This document shows, piece after piece, positions 1 to 15,182 of a stretch of DNA of 64,000 bases. Location of the stretch: assembly GCA_964016885.1 (NCBI GenBank), contig OZ024763.1:16306001-16370000 (forward strand). The letters run 5' to 3'. The stretch is from Eledone cirrhosa. Lineage: Eukaryota. A program made the translations under genes and the position numbers. The notes under the pieces were generated by a model. That model was not told the DNA's origin. It ran no database searches and saw only the letters and a program-made list of their open reading frames with translations. The stretch's first letter is position 1; each line of letters starts with the position of its first letter.

Positions 1-650
1 ATTTTCATTTATCACACGGTTCATATCTGAATATTCGAAATGTTTTTTTGGTAAATATGTATTATATACACTTTGTCTATATATACACTCTCTTTACGAT
101 TTTCATTTATCACACGGTTCATATCTGAATATTCGAAATGTTTTTTTGGTAAATATGTATTATATACACTTTGTCTCCAAGACATGTGTCATGGCGATTT
201 TCGTGTGCAGAACCACAAGCAAGGGAGTACTTTACGACCCATATTTATCACACGGTTCATAGCTCAACATTTGATTACATAGTGTCTCCGAGACTGGTGT
301 CACGGAGTTTTCGTGTAGAGGAACCACGGGAACGGAAGAGTTTACGGCTGTCAAACTTATACAGTTCATTGTACAACATTTTTTAAATTATATACACACC
401 GTCTCGGAGATAAATATGGACATATGATATCGTGTGATTGACCACGGTAGTCATATTTATCACACGGTTCATAGCTCAACATTTGATTATATACACTATC
501 TTTGAGACAGGTGTCTTGAAGATATCGTGTGCAGGAACCACAAGAAAAGAGTACGTTACGACAGTTAATATTTATTTCACAGTTCATAGCTGAATATTTA
601 AAATGTTTTGGGGTAAATCTTTATTATATAGACTCTGTCTCGGAGACGTG
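1..650. repeat. Degenerate tandem repeat, unit about 100-125 bp
   Basis: Motif atttatcacacggttcatag/tctgaa recurs at about 7, 105, 243, 455 and 575, with related ...tgtctc...gtgt...cgtgtgcag(g)aaccac segments; 1-78 and 99-177 are near-identical. Confidence 0.75.
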
Positions 651-1422
651 TTATTATTAAGTTGGTGTTAGGATCATAACTTAACAAAGGTTCTTACATA
701 AAATTATGTTGGAAGGTTTTTTTAGTTAAATATAAACACTTTTTGTCACCATATTTCTAATGAAAGACACTGTCTGTGGTATTTGGAATAATTTTGAAAA
801 TAATCAAGAATTTGGAGGGATTTAGTAAAATAAGTAATTTATACATTGGTTACTAAGTTCATTATTCTGAGTTTAAAATAAAGTACCAGTAATGCACTGA
901 GATAATTGTCGGCCTTGTGCCAAAAGTAGAAATAATTATTAAGTTGGTGTTTGGAACATCACTTAATAAAGGTTCTTACATAAAATAATTGTTTCTACTT
1001 TAGGCACAAGGCCAGCAATTACCCAGTGCATTACTGGTACTTTATTGCATACGTTCTTACATAAAATAATGATGTAAGGTTTGTAGATAAACATAAACTC
1101 TTTAACACAAATATATTATTATAAAACCAGAAGAGACTTCCGGTGGTTTATTCACAAAAGGATTAACAGAGCCCACTCTTGTTTTCTCCGTCTTATTTTT
1201 TAAATATATAATTTATTGAAATATAAATTGTGTTTATTTGTATTTATTCTATTAAAAATAAAACTTTCCGCCGATAATAAAAAATAAACAATAAGAAATT
1301 ACAGTTATCTCCCTTGCAAGGAACGCTTTACGTGTTTCACAAACAAAAAATTCGGACATAACCAGAAACAGCTTTGTATTTCATTAGTAAATTTCTATGA
1401 TTTTTCAAATAATTGCTTTTAA

Positions 1423-1603
1423 TAATTGTTTCAACTTTTGGCACAAGGCCAGCATTACTGGTACTTTATTTTATCGACCCCGTAAGGATGAAAGGCAAAG
1501 TTAACCTCGGCGGGATTTGAACTCAGAATGGCAAGGGCCGTAACTCTTTGCGTCAAAGTATGGCGTCCGACCCTCTACCGATACTGCCAATCTACCGCCC
1601 CTA
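1423..1603 (-). mobile_element. tRNA-derived SINE, Meta-domain-like family
   Basis: On the minus strand: A box TGGCAGTATCGG, B box GAGTTCAAATCC, then ctttgcctttcatccttacggggtcgataaaataaagtaccag, which resembles the Meta-SINE core. Many copies occur in the window; a truncated copy lies at 1626-1725. Confidence 0.85.
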
Positions 1604-2121
1604 TTGCTTTTAATAATTGCTTTTAATAATTGTTTCTACTTTAGGCACAAGGCCAGCAATTATCCAGTGCATTACTGGTACTTTATTTTATCGACCCCGT
1701 AAGGATGAAAGGCAAAGTCAACCTATGAACAATTTCGAGAGGTTTAGTAACATAGAAAACTTTCTCGCTTTTAAGCTGGTGAGAGTATAAGGCACCCACT
1801 ACATATCCCGGACAGGGCACTAGTCCATCGCATGTTTAATTCTCCAGCTGCTGGTAGTGGTGGTGGTGGTGTTCATTTTCACCTTAGAAGACTGATGTAA
1901 TGTGAAGGGTTTTGCTTAAGAATCGAACCCACGGCATGGAATCGTTAGCCCAACACATTCCACCACAAGACCGCGGCCATGTTGAAAATTAAACCATTTC
2001 AACGTATATCTATTTAGAAACATGCTAAATATCTTTCAATCCTCAATCAGACTTGTAATTAAAAGCGTTTCACCCATGACCATCCTGTCTTTTATTCAGG
2101 TACAATGCATCCTAGACAATA

Positions 2122-2338
2122 TTAGGGGCGGTGGTTTGGCAGTATCGGTATCGGTAGAGCGTCGGACACCATGCTTTGCGGCCCTTTACCTTCTGAGTTC
2201 AAATCACGCCGAAGTTAGCTTTGCTTTTCACCCTTACGGGATCGATAAAATAAAGTGCCAGTAACGCACTGGGGTCGATTTAATCGACTTTCCCCTCCCC
2301 CAAATTGCTGGCATTGTGCCTATAGTAGAAACAATTAT
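2122..2338 (+). mobile_element. tRNA-derived SINE, Meta-domain-like family
   Basis: tggcagtatcgg...gagttcaaatc...ctttgcttttcacccttacggg...gctggcattgtgccta...tagaaacaattatt. Confidence 0.85.
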
Positions 2339-2699
2339 TTAATGCACTCGTCATTTTTAAAGACGGTAGTGTCTGATTCGGAGAAGGGGTATTTTGGCTG
2401 CTATTTCTAGCACGTTCAATGACTGTAATAGCACAAATCATAAAATCAGGGGAGATAACCAATGCTTTAGTATCAAGGGAAATAACTGTCGTCTCGTACA
2501 GAAATTTTGAACGGCCATCGTTTGGAAGCATATCATAAATCAAGTTATTAAAATTTATTTCAACGCGTCTAGCTGGTCATCTTCCGGGTAAACGTTTTAT
2601 GCATTCTGTCCGCTCGGATCAAGAGGCGGCCTACGCATGAGCTCCCTTCACACCACCCGGCCCCACACCCCTGTGGTAACGATGTTGAGTTGTACTGCT

Positions 2700-3500
2700 G
2701 TTGAACGACGTACAACAATTATGTCTGATAGCAGTAATTAGAAAAAGGGAGGTAGGTGTAAAAGCCAAACTCGCTATCTTTAATTCGGTATTCGTGCCAA
2801 CCCTTACCTGTGGTCATGAATCTTGGCTAATGACTGAAAGAATATGATCGAGAATACAAGCGGCCGAAATGTGGCTCCTCCAAAGATCTTTGGAGTAACG
2901 TTACTGGATAGAGTGCGTAATTCGGAGAGTCAGTCTAGATAGAACCGCTACTTCTCCGAATTGAGAGATCACAGCTCCGATACTATGGACATGTGGTTAG
3001 AATGTCTCAGGAAAGAATATCTGGACAGATTTGTAGCTCGGAGATCAGAGAGTCACTCCAAGTAGAGCTGCTACTTCTCCGAATTGAGAGATCATAGCTC
3101 TGATACTATGGACATATAATTAGAATGTCTCAGGAGAGAATCACTGGACAGATTTAAGAGATCACAGCTCTGATACTCTGGACATGTGGTTTGAATGTCT
3201 CAGGAGAGAATCACTGGACAGATTTGTAGCTCGGAGATCAGAGAGTCAATCCAGGTAGAGCTGCTACTTCTCCAAATTGAGAGATTACAGCTCTGATACT
3301 ATGGACATGTGGTTAGAATGTCTCAGGAAAGAATCGCTGGACAGATTTTACGGTCAAAACCAACTGGCAGGAGACCCAGGGGTAAACCCCAAGAAAGATG
3401 GTTGGATAACATCCATGAGCTTGGCTGGTCTTGTTTGGAGACAGTTGTTTCTGACAGGACCTGCTAGAAGGAGTGTTTGAGGACTTTGCCCCCCCCCCCT
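2700..3500 (+). pseudogene. Decayed RTE-type LINE ORF2 3' fragment with internal tandem duplications
   Basis: Broken translation AKLAIFNSVFVPTLTCGHESWLMTERI..RIQAAEM..GVTLLDRVRNSE..EPLLLRIERSQLRYYGHVVRMSQERI..GRRPRGKP. The RSQLxYYGHVVRM block is repeated about 4 times. Confidence 0.8.
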
Positions 3501-3906
3501 CTTCCCCATGACCCTCTCAGGAATAAGTGGGCAAAGAAGAAGGCTGGTACTTTTAATATTAATGAGGCACATGGCTTAGTGGTTAGAACATTAGGCTTGC
3601 AATTAGGAGGTTGTGAGTTTGAGTCAACCAATCAGAAATTTCTAATAAATTGAAATGAAAACCAACAGGTGTGTGTGTGTTTTTATTGGCAACATGACCC
3701 TCCCAAAGTATAACAATATCTGTTTCAACACACGTTTCCAGATAAGATATCTTGCAAAAGAAATTCGAAAACTATGTACATATATATATATATATTACCC
3801 ACTCTACTACTCCAAGTATCGAGTACTCTGGTGAGTAATGGTCTAACTGGTTTTTACCGCTTCTATTCTGATAAATATATATATTATATATATATATATA
3901 TATGTA

Positions 3907-4128
3907 TGTAAAAGGTAAACAGAAATAACAACACAATCGGTATAGTATATGGAAGGGATATATTAGGTTAACGCTTGATATAGCAGGAAGAGGGTCTTAA
4001 CGTTTTGGACGCTAGTCCTTCATCAGAAGAAAGAATGAGAAATAAGATAGATTGAGAGGCCAGGCGGGTTGGAATTGGAAAAAATGTCTTTTGATAAAAA
4101 TAACAGGTCCATTCATGTTGACATCTCT
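3907..4128 (-). mobile_element. Short hammerhead-bearing element (Penelope pLTR or retrozyme-like), copy 1
   Basis: About 220 bp shared with 47118-47340, next to (TA)n; contains a hammerhead motif. Confidence 0.65.
3995..4030 (-). ncRNA. Minimal type I hammerhead ribozyme (GAAA mutated to AAAA)
   Basis: Minus strand: TCTT CTGATGA AGGAC-TAGC-GTCC AAAA CGTT AAGA. Stem I TCTT/AAGA, stem II GGAC/GTCC. Confidence 0.6.
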
Positions 4129-4140
4129 TGCATATAAAAA

Positions 4141-4420
4141 TAATAAAATACGATGCTGCGGTTACATAAGTCGTTTAATCATTATAATTATTTCCACGGT
4201 TCTCCATGCAACCGAGAAGATCTTCATATATGTCTGCTGGGTACACGAGCAAAAGGACGTGTGTTTTCCTGCCTGCGGCATATCAATAACTCGATTTTCA
4301 TCTGACGATACCGTTCTCATAACAACAACAAATACATGGACTTCTCGATTGCATGAAGAACCATGGAAATAATTATAATGATTAAACGATATATGTAACC
4401 TCAGCATCTTATTTTGTTAT
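4141..4420. mobile_element. Inverted-repeat-flanked element with residual CTGACGA
   Basis: About 80 bp imperfect inverted repeats (4141-4219 and 4341-4420). CTGACGA lies near 4302 but no matching GAAA half is visible. Confidence 0.55.
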
Positions 4421-4511
4421 ATTTATAAAAAGCTCCATCGCAACTAAAAACTGCGATTGTTGAGAGCTTTCTCCTGTTTACTCCTGTTTTTACCAAAACA
4501 ATCTCTTCAGA

Positions 4512-4564
<53 letters not shown>

Positions 4565-4779
4565 AATGAAGTAATTCAGTCGGAAATGTCCAAGAAAAAA
4601 GAGTGCTCTTTTGTTTTTAAAATCCACTGCCAATAAATACACCAGGATTTTTTCATTCTGATGACTGAAAGCTAATTTTGTTTGCTTTCAAGAAACCACT
4701 GGTAAATGAAATAATTATCTTATGTTATTTATTACATAACTAAACATATATATATATATCATCATAATCATCATTACCG

Positions 4780-5130
4780 TTTTACGTCCATTCTTCCACG
4801 CTAGCATGGGTTAGACGGGTTGTCCTGTTGTGGGCAGTGTCCGGTCGGCTGACCTTGTCTTGCTCATACAGGAACTGATTCTGGCTTGATTTCTACAGCT
4901 GGATGCCCTTTCTAGCACCAACCTCATTTACAGTGAGTGCTGGGTGCTTTTTTTTTTTTTTCTGTGTCGCCTACACGTCCACTTTACAGTGTGGACTGGG
5001 TGCTTTTTGTCATGGCACCTCCACGACCACTTTTCAGTGGAATGATAGGGACCCCAATCCTATCATCTCATTTCTACAGCTGAGTAAACTGGAGCAATGT
5101 GAAATAAAGTGTCTTGCTGAAGGAAACAAC
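4780..5130 (-). mobile_element. CORE-type SINE with RTE-derived tail (5'-truncated)
   Basis: caagacactttatttcacattgctccagtttactcagctgtagaaatgag core, plus aggaagggcatccagctgtagaaa tail ending in (GAT)n, on the minus strand. Confidence 0.8.
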
Positions 5131-5321
5131 AAATACATATATATATGTATTTACATATCGAGATCTTTGGTGCTATGCAGTAATACAGAAGACCTGCCTG
5201 ACCTTTCGTACGAACTTAAGCCTACAGTCAGTAGGCATCGCTTAACCCAATATATATGTATGTAAGAGGATTGACTGAAAGGTCCATAGCCTAACTAAGA
5301 CACTCCCATGGAATGTGATAT

Positions 5322-5610
5322 ATCATCATCATCATCATCATCATCATCGTTTAACATCCATATTCCACGCTTGCATGGGTTTGGACGGGAGTTTTCCCAC
5401 TTGAGGCAAGAGTGGTTGTCTTGCTCAGGACTGTCTGGCGGGTTTTCTACAGCTGGATGCCCTTCCTAACACCAACCACATTTACAGTGTGGGGCTGGGA
5501 GGTTTTTACCGTGTTGCCTACACGGCCACATTACAGCGTGGACTGTGCGTTTTTTTTGTCGTGACACCTACACAACCTCATTTGTTTCGGGCTTGATGTT
5601 GTGGTACCAA
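5322..5610 (-). mobile_element. RTE/SINE 3'-tail fragment
   Basis: (CAT)n followed by ctacagctggatgcccttcctaacaccaacc. Near-identical to 31122-31392; related pieces at 32740-32972, 40538-40715, 47533-47692 and 27888-28085. Confidence 0.8.
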
Positions 5611-5798
5611 CATAACTTTACATTGAAAGGGGTAGTGTGGCTGGGGTGGGGGTAGTGGGACGGGGGTGTATTTTGTTAGGTGCCTACTGACTGTAGTAGG
5701 TTTTACTTTGTATTTAGGTAAGGCGTGTCTTCTCCATATAATATATATGTGTATATATATATATATATATATAATATATATACACATATATATTATAT

Positions 5799-6176
5799 GG
5801 CAGAATTCTAGGAGAAGGAAAACTCTGATATAACACCTGCAACCCTGATGGTATCCAATGATGTTGACTTGTTCTTCTTTTTGGTAAATATCATCTTGGT
5901 TAAGAGAGTGGGACTGGCTTTATGCAGTGCCTTTGCTCACTATAAAAGCTTCATGGCACAGGCATTGCTTTATATCTGGAGATCTCTCTGCACTTGTCGT
6001 CACATGGTACCATGGGCCCAGCACTATGTGTCAATAATTGTCACTAGTGTAGTGTTTGTACCAGAGTTTTCAAGTCACTGGCTGGACTAAAAAGTCACAC
6101 TCGTTCAGCGCATCGGTAGGGGTTCTCCTACATGGATATAAAGTAGTGGCCGTACTCGAAAACGAGTTGGCAGCCA

Positions 6177-6179
<3 letters not shown>
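5799..6179 (+). mobile_element. Non-autonomous bipartite RTE-derived element, 5'-truncated copy
   Basis: Near-identical to 17318-17698; ends in (TA)n. Confidence 0.8.
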
Positions 6180-6220
<41 letters not shown>

Positions 6221-6849
6221 ATACATATGTTCGAGGATAATGAAGGAATTTAGGTATATTATATCTTTTTATTTATATCTAATGTTTCTTCTTTCTTTAT
6301 AATGTGTATATATATATATATATATACACACACATATATGTATACATATGTATGTATATATATATAACCCATGCTAGCGTGGAAGATGGACGTTAAACGA
6401 TGATGATGATATATGTATATATATATATACACACATATATGTATGTATATATATATACACATGTATGTATATATATGTATATATGCATATATACATACAT
6501 ATACACATATATATGTATATATACATATATACATATATAAATACACACATATACGTATATATACATATATATATATATATGTATGTATATTCCACTGTGT
6601 ATTAAATGCCTTATTTATTGATATACAATCCAGTTCCTTGCTACTATCTCTGTTTCTTCTCTCTTCCTATTACCCCTGTTCTCTTTTTACCTTCTCCCCT
6701 CCCTCTCTTTATCACATGGGTATTAACTTACCTCCCACCCCACCCAATCAATCAGTAGATATTAACATACTCCCTCTTCCTCTCTCTCTCTATATATATA
6801 TCACCCTACCCCTCTCTCCCCATCTTATAGATAGCACCCCTCCTCCCCT

Positions 6850-7535
6850 CCTATCATAAGGATATCACCCCTCCTCTCCTCCTATCATACAGATATCACC
6901 TCCTCTCCCCTATATAGATATCACCCTACTCTTTCTCCCCCTCTCCCCCATCATACAGATGTCACCTTCCCCCTATCCCCTCCCCTCCCCCATCATACAG
7001 ATCTCATCCTCCCCCCCATCATATAGATATCACCCTACCTCCTCTCCCCCATCATATAGATATCCTCCCCTCTCCCCCTCCCTCATCATATAGGTATCTT
7101 CCCCTCTCCCCCTCCCCCATCATATAGGTATCTTCCCCTCTCCCCCTCCCCCATCATATAGGTATCTTCCCCTCTCCCCCTCCCCCATCATATAGATATC
7201 TTCCCCTCCCCCCTCCCCCATCATATAGATATCACCCTATGCCTCCCCCCATCATATAGATATCACTCTGCCCCTCCCCATCACAGATATCCTACCTCCC
7301 CATCACATAGATATCACCCTCACCTCCCCACCACACAGATATCACCCTCCCCTCCCCACCACACAGATATCACCCTCCCCTCCCCACCACACAGATATCA
7401 CCCTCCCCTCCCCACCACACAGATATCACCCTCCCCTCTCCACCACACAGATATCACCCTCCCCTCCCCACCACACAGATATCACCCTCCCCTCTCCACC
7501 ACACATATATCACCCTCCCCTCCCTATCAGATATT
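6850..7535. repeat. C-rich minisatellite (about 28 bp, cacagatatcaccctcccctccccacca)
   Basis: Visible tandem units that become more homogeneous towards the 3' end. Confidence 0.85.
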
Positions 7536-7613
7536 AACTAGAAGACACTAACATGATTTCCTCCCATTTTAAGGGACATCAAGAAAACATTTAACTACAT
7601 ATAAACAATAGCC

Positions 7614-8290
7614 TTGTCTCTCTTTCTCTCTCTCTTTCTCTCTCTCTTTCTCTTGTACTGTCTTTCTCTCACTGTCTTTCTCTCTCTCTTACTCTCTCCT
7701 CTCTCTCTTACTCTCTCCTCTCTCTTTCTCTCTCATTGTCTCTCACTTTCTCTCTCCTTTCTCCTCGTCTCTCTCTCCTTTCTCCTCGTCTCTCTCTCAC
7801 TTTCTCTCTCCTTTCTCCTCGTCTCTCTCTCACTTTCTCTCTCCTTTCTCCTCGTCTCTCTCTCACTTTCTCTCTCCTTTTTCCTCGTCTCTCTCTCACT
7901 CTCTCCTCGTCTCTCTCTCACTCTCTTTCTCTGTCACACTCCCCCTTCTCTCTCTCTTTCTCTGTCACCCTCCACCTCTCTCACTCCCCCCCCCTCTCAC
8001 TCTCTCTCTCTCACTCTCTCTCTCTCTCTCTCACTCTCTCTCTCTCACTCTCTCTCTCTCACTCTCTCTCTCTCACTCTCTCACTCTCTCTCTCTCACTC
8101 TCTCTCTCACTCTCTCTCTCACTCTCTCTCACTCTCTCTCACTCTCTCTCACTCTCTCTCTCTCACTCTCTCTCTCTCACTCTCTCTCACTCTCTCTCAC
8201 TCTCTCTCACTCTCTCTCACTCACTCTCTCACTCTCTCTCACTCTCTCTCTCACTCTCTCTCACTCTCTCTCACCCTCTCTCTCTCTCTC

Positions 8291-8324
<34 letters not shown>

Positions 8325-8345
8325 GCTCCTTCTCCTTATCTCTCA
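7614..8345. repeat. (CT)n compound microsatellite
   Basis: Direct inspection. Confidence 0.95.
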
Positions 8346-8487
8346 AGAGAGAAAAAATAAATAAATGACCAGCCCAAGATAAAGAAATACCCAACAAAAC
8401 CCAACACCACCAATATTTCCACCAGGCTGTGTCTGGACATCTCTAATATGTCCTTATGGACTTTTATCAAATATATTGGATATACCG

Positions 8488-10660
<2,173 letters not shown>

Positions 10661-10869
10661 TAAAAGTTAAACAAGGTTCAATGAATAAATCAAAGAATGA
10701 GTTTTACAATAGATTGGAAGCACTCCGCAGATGTGGTTTTCCAGAGTTATTAATATTAATTCAAAATATTAACAAAAATAGACATTCGTGTGATCAAGTA
10801 TATTTTATTATACATATTTCAGTCTGATTCTTAATCATCTACTAAGTCAGGGTATGTCGTGCATCATCT

Positions 10870-10936
10870 TATTTTATCTGATGAGGACGTACTGTTGAAG
10901 ATAGCTCAGTACCTCTGAAATATGTATAATAAAATA
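10870..10936 (+). ncRNA. Minimal type I hammerhead ribozyme
   Basis: TATTTTAT CTGATGA GGACGTACTG..CAGTACCTCT GAAA TATGTA TA ATAAAATA. Stem I is a perfect 8 bp. The element carries a 60 bp inverted repeat (10762-10821 versus 10915-10975). Confidence 0.75.
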
Positions 10937-11132
10937 TACTGGATCACACGAATGTCTATTTTTGTTAATATTTTGTATCTATATATATGTGTCCAACCCT
11001 TGCTAGCAGGGAAAGCGGAGGTTAAAATGATGATGATGTGTGTATGTATGTGTATATGTATGTATTATATATGTGTATTAAATATGTATATATATTATTT
11101 ATTATGTTTATATATATATATATATATATATC

Positions 11133-11745
11133 CTGATTAATGTTCAGAGCCATCCTCAGCATTCTCGTGTAGCACCCATCCACCATCTCAGTGAGTTTCT
11201 TGGTCAGTGTTCAAGTCTCAGACCCGTACAGCAGCACAGACTCCACTACAGCAATGAAGAGGCGGATTTTCAGGTCTTTACGAAGGTCCGACTTCCACAC
11301 CGATCTCAAGCTGTGGCACGCCGCCCAGGCTTTGCTCTTCCTCTCAACCACATCATCTTCCGTATTCCCAATCTTTGCTCCCAAATACAGGAAGTCCTCA
11401 ACCAATTCTAGCAGCTTTCCGCCTACATTAGTGATCCCCTCTGGCTTCTCAACATTCTCTACCATTAATCAGTATACACTGAGGATGAAAAACTCAGAGC
11501 TGTATGGGAGCCTCCCAAAAGTCAGCTCAAAAGTGACACAGAGGAGACTGAGGTTAGCTGGACATGCTCACCAACATCCAGAGTTGACATTGCACTCAGT
11601 GCTCCTGTGGGAGCCCCTGCATGGACACACTGGAAGAGGATGCCCTAAGGACAGACACTGGTCTGTTGGAGACGCAGGACATGGCAGTGATAATGAGGGA
11701 CAGAGACCGCTGGAGAGAAGTCGTCCATGGATCTCCATCTGCCCT

Positions 11746-11746
<1 letters not shown>
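11133..11746. pseudogene. LINE (RTE-like) 3' fragment with 5' inversion
   Basis: Minus strand 11133-11465 encodes LELVEDFLYLGAKI..KIRLFIAVVESVLLYGSET*TLTKK..DGCYTRMLRMALNINQ. Plus strand from 11463 continues INQYTLRMKNSELYGSLPKVSSKVTQRRLRLAGHAHQHPE..LLWEPLHG. Confidence 0.85.
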
Positions 11747-11783
<37 letters not shown>

Positions 11784-11902
11784 GTTATATTTAATTTGTT
11801 GGGATTCAAAAAGTTTTATAACTGATATAAAGCACTCAACAGTTTACTGGAGTAAATATTCAATATATTAATAAATGAAAACTATATTTATAAAACCATA
11901 AT

Positions 11903-11967
11903 TATTTTATTATATATATTTCAAGGGCAACCAAGGCAGTTTTGGTGCACTTTCATCAGATAAAATA
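11903..11967 (-). ncRNA. Minimal type I hammerhead ribozyme
   Basis: Minus strand: TATTTTAT CTGATGA AAGTGCACCAA..TTGGTTGCCCTT GAAA TATATA TA ATAAAATA. Lies within an element (about 11778-12030) related to 27204-27641, 39288-39693 and 46897-47100. Confidence 0.75.
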
Positions 11968-12049
11968 CAAAATTTGTTTTATAAATGTTGACATACCCGT
12001 AGAAAAACAACCTTGACGGTTGAATGTTCGCTGCATCATCACCATTCAT

Positions 12050-12375
12050 CATCTCATTTCACGTCCGCTTTTTCCCTGCTTGCGAGGGTGGGACAGGAAC
12101 TGATTCTGGCTTGATTTCTACAGCTGGATGCCCTTCCTAACACCAACCTCATTTACAGTGAGTGCTGGGTGCTTTTTTGCCGTGGCACCTCCACGACCAC
12201 TTTGCAGTTGAATGATAGGGACCCCAGTCCCTATCATCTCATTTCTACAGCTGAGTAAACTGGAGCAATGTGAAATAAAGTGTCTTGCTCAAGGAAACAA
12301 CACATCACCCGGTCTGAGAATTGAACTCACAACCTTTCGATTGCAAGGCCAATGCTCTAACCACTAAGCCATGCA
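12050..12375 (-). mobile_element. CORE-type tRNA SINE with RTE tail
   Basis: Head catggcttagtggttagagc..gagttcaattct, CORE-like ccttgagcaagacacttt..ctcagctgtagaaatgag, and RTE tail. Confidence 0.88.
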
Positions 12376-12394
12376 TGTGTATTATTGTGTATGT

Positions 12395-14316
12395 ATCATC
12401 ATCATCATCATCATCATCACCGTTTTACGTCCGTTCTTCCACGCTAGCATAGGTTAGACGGGTTGTCCTGTTGTGGGCAGTGTCTGGTCGGCTGACCATG
12501 CCTTGCTCATACAGGAACTGATTTGGCTTGATTTCTACAGCTGGATGCCCTTCCTAACACCAACCTCATTTACAGTGAGTGCTGGGTGCTTTTTCGTGGC
12601 ACCTACACGTTCACTTTACAGTGTGGGCTGGTGCTTTTTTGCCGTGGCACCTCCACGACCACCTTGCGGTGGGGGGTGTGGGGGCATATTGTCTATATGC
12701 TTCAGCTTATACCCATGGGAGGTCGGGTACTCTGTATTACTGCGTGACACCAGAAGTCACGGTCGTGTGTCATTGTCTTTGAGAGGTGTAATTGGGTAAG
12801 GTCGGCTTTTATCACCTCATCCCAGGTCATCTTGGGTCTCCCCACTCCACGGTTTCCATCAACTTCTAGTGCTCTGCACCTTTTTATGCAGCTGTCATCC
12901 TTCATACGCATCACATGTCCATACCAGCGCAACCGCCTCTCCTGCACACAGCATTTGATTCCTCTTATGCTCAGTCTCTCTCTCAATTCATTTATGCTTT
13001 GTTGTTCACGTATATTACTGTTACACATCCATCGGAGCATGCAGGCTTCGTTTCTCTCTAATCTCCGTAAGTCTTCCACCTTCAGCGCCCAGGTCTCACT
13101 ACCATGCAACATCACTGTTCGGATACACGCATCATACAGTCTGCCTTTCATTCTGATGGAGAAGCCTTTTGCAGCTAGCAGTGGTAGTAGTTCCCTAAAC
13201 TTCTTCCATCCCGTTCTTACCCTAGTTATTGTACTTTCTGAACACCCACCTCCGCTGCTAATTCGGTCACCTAGGTAGCAGAAGCTGTCTACTGTTTCTA
13301 CAGGGCCCTCCCAGAGATTGGTGGTACTTGTTTCCTGTGGCTGTTTGCTGCTTGCTGTCTCAGCACAGCTGCTGCATGTGAATCCTACATTCTTAATTAA
13401 GCTTCCTGAGATCCCGCTACATCTCTTGTGTACCCATTGTTTGCATTTGGGACAGAGAATGGAGTTCCTACCTACACCTTTCCTACATACTGAGCAAGGC
13501 AATTTCCCTGAGGGGATCTGGGTTCTGTTTTCTCGTCTACTTACAAGGACCTTAGTCTTTGTCATGTTGACTTTGAGACCCTTTCTTTCTAGTCCCTGCT
13601 TCCAAGTTTGGAATTTCTTCTCTAGTTCTACCATAGATTCAGCTATGAGTGCAAGGTCATCAGCATACAGGAGTTCCCATGGGCATCCGGTCTTAAACTC
13701 CGCCGTTATTGCCTGCAGGACTATGATGAACAGGAGAGGGCTGGTGGACTCCAACCTGTACGCTAAATTCCTCGCTATACTCATTGCTAATCCTAACTTT
13801 GCTGACTGCTCCCCTATACATGGCTTGTACCGCTTTCACAAGCCATTCATCTACTCCTAGTTTTCTAAGAGCCCACCAGATTACAGAACGTGGAACTCTG
13901 TCAAAGGCTTTCTCAAGGTCGACAAATGCCAAGTAGAGTGGCTTACTTTTAACTAGGTACTTTTCCTGTAATTGCCTCACAAGGAAGATGGCATCAGTGG
14001 TGCCTCTCCCTGGTACAAACCCAAATTGCATCTCATCTATTTTCACCCGGTCCCTAATCAGCTGTGCTATAACTCTTTCTGTTACTTTCATGACCTGGTC
14101 CATCAACTTTATACCTCTATAGTTTCCTCTATCTAGTGCATCGCATTTACCTTTGTAGCAGTTGACAATGATGCTACTGCACCAATCTTTTGGTATGGCA
14201 CCTTCTAGTATTACCTGGTTAACGATACGTGTGGTTATAGTGTGACCTACAGACCCAGATGCCTTCAGCATCTTGGCAGCTATACCCGATGGACCGGTTG
14301 CTTTCCCCATCTTCAT
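12395..14316 (-). mobile_element. 5'-truncated RTE-clade LINE (RT domain, 3' UTR, (GAT)n tail)
   Basis: ORFs 13693-14316 and 12702-13784 carry RT motifs (KATGPSGI, NYRGIKL, QFGFVPGRGTTDAIF, FVDLEKAFDRVPR, GVHQ, LLYADD, FCYLG, RLRWYGHVMR, GRPKMTW). A small deletion and frameshift follows GVHQ. Confidence 0.95.
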
Positions 14317-14555
14317 ATCTTTTGTCTATCTATGTCTATCTACATATCTATCAATCTATTTATATTGACATATCTATCAATCTATCTATATTGACCTATC
14401 AATTTATTTATCTAGCTATAGATCTGTCAATCTCTATCTTTCTTTCACACTCACACACACATACATGCACAGTTGTCATTGGTAATTTTGAACTTTATAT
14501 ATACACACATAGAAATATATATACACACACAAGTATAGAAATATATATATATATA

Positions 14556-14740
14556 TAACGAAGGAGTTGTGGTAAGGAACCAGATGGACCATAACGCACC
14601 AGAGTACTCAATACTTAGGGTAGTAGAGTGGGTAATAGGAGAAAGTATGACCCCGACGGCAGAGCTCAAGCCGTTTCAATGGCTATTTCTGGACTAGCTG
14701 TCGAAATGGCTTGAGATCTGCCGTCGGGGTCATACTTTCT

Positions 14741-14743
<3 letters not shown>
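14556..14743 (+). mobile_element. Short foldback element inserted in (TA)n
   Basis: About 42 bp inverted repeat, taggagaaagtatgaccccgacggcag... versus ...ctgccgtcggggtcatactttctccta. Related copies at 21923-22110 (-), 24329-24465 (-) and 3795-3870 (-). Confidence 0.7.
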
Positions 14744-14790
<47 letters not shown>

Positions 14791-15101
14791 AGTATAGAAA
14801 TATATATATATATATACACACACACATAAATATATATATATAGAAATATATATATATATATACACACACACATAAATATATATATAGAGAAATATATATA
14901 TGCACAGACGCACATATAAATATATATATATATATAGATAGATACATATATATACACACATATATATATATATAGATAGATATAGATACATATCTATACA
15001 CACACACACATATAAATATATATATAGATAGATATATACACACACACATAAATATATAGAGAGAGCAAGTTTACTAAAGTCACCAAAGTTATTCCAGCGA
15101 C

Positions 15102-15157
<56 letters not shown>

Positions 15158-15182
15158 TATATATATACACACACACACATAC

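Noticed and set aside
4655-4680. CTGATGA-CT-GAAA hammerhead-like core
   Set aside because: No stem II and only a marginal stem I; at best a deleted relic.
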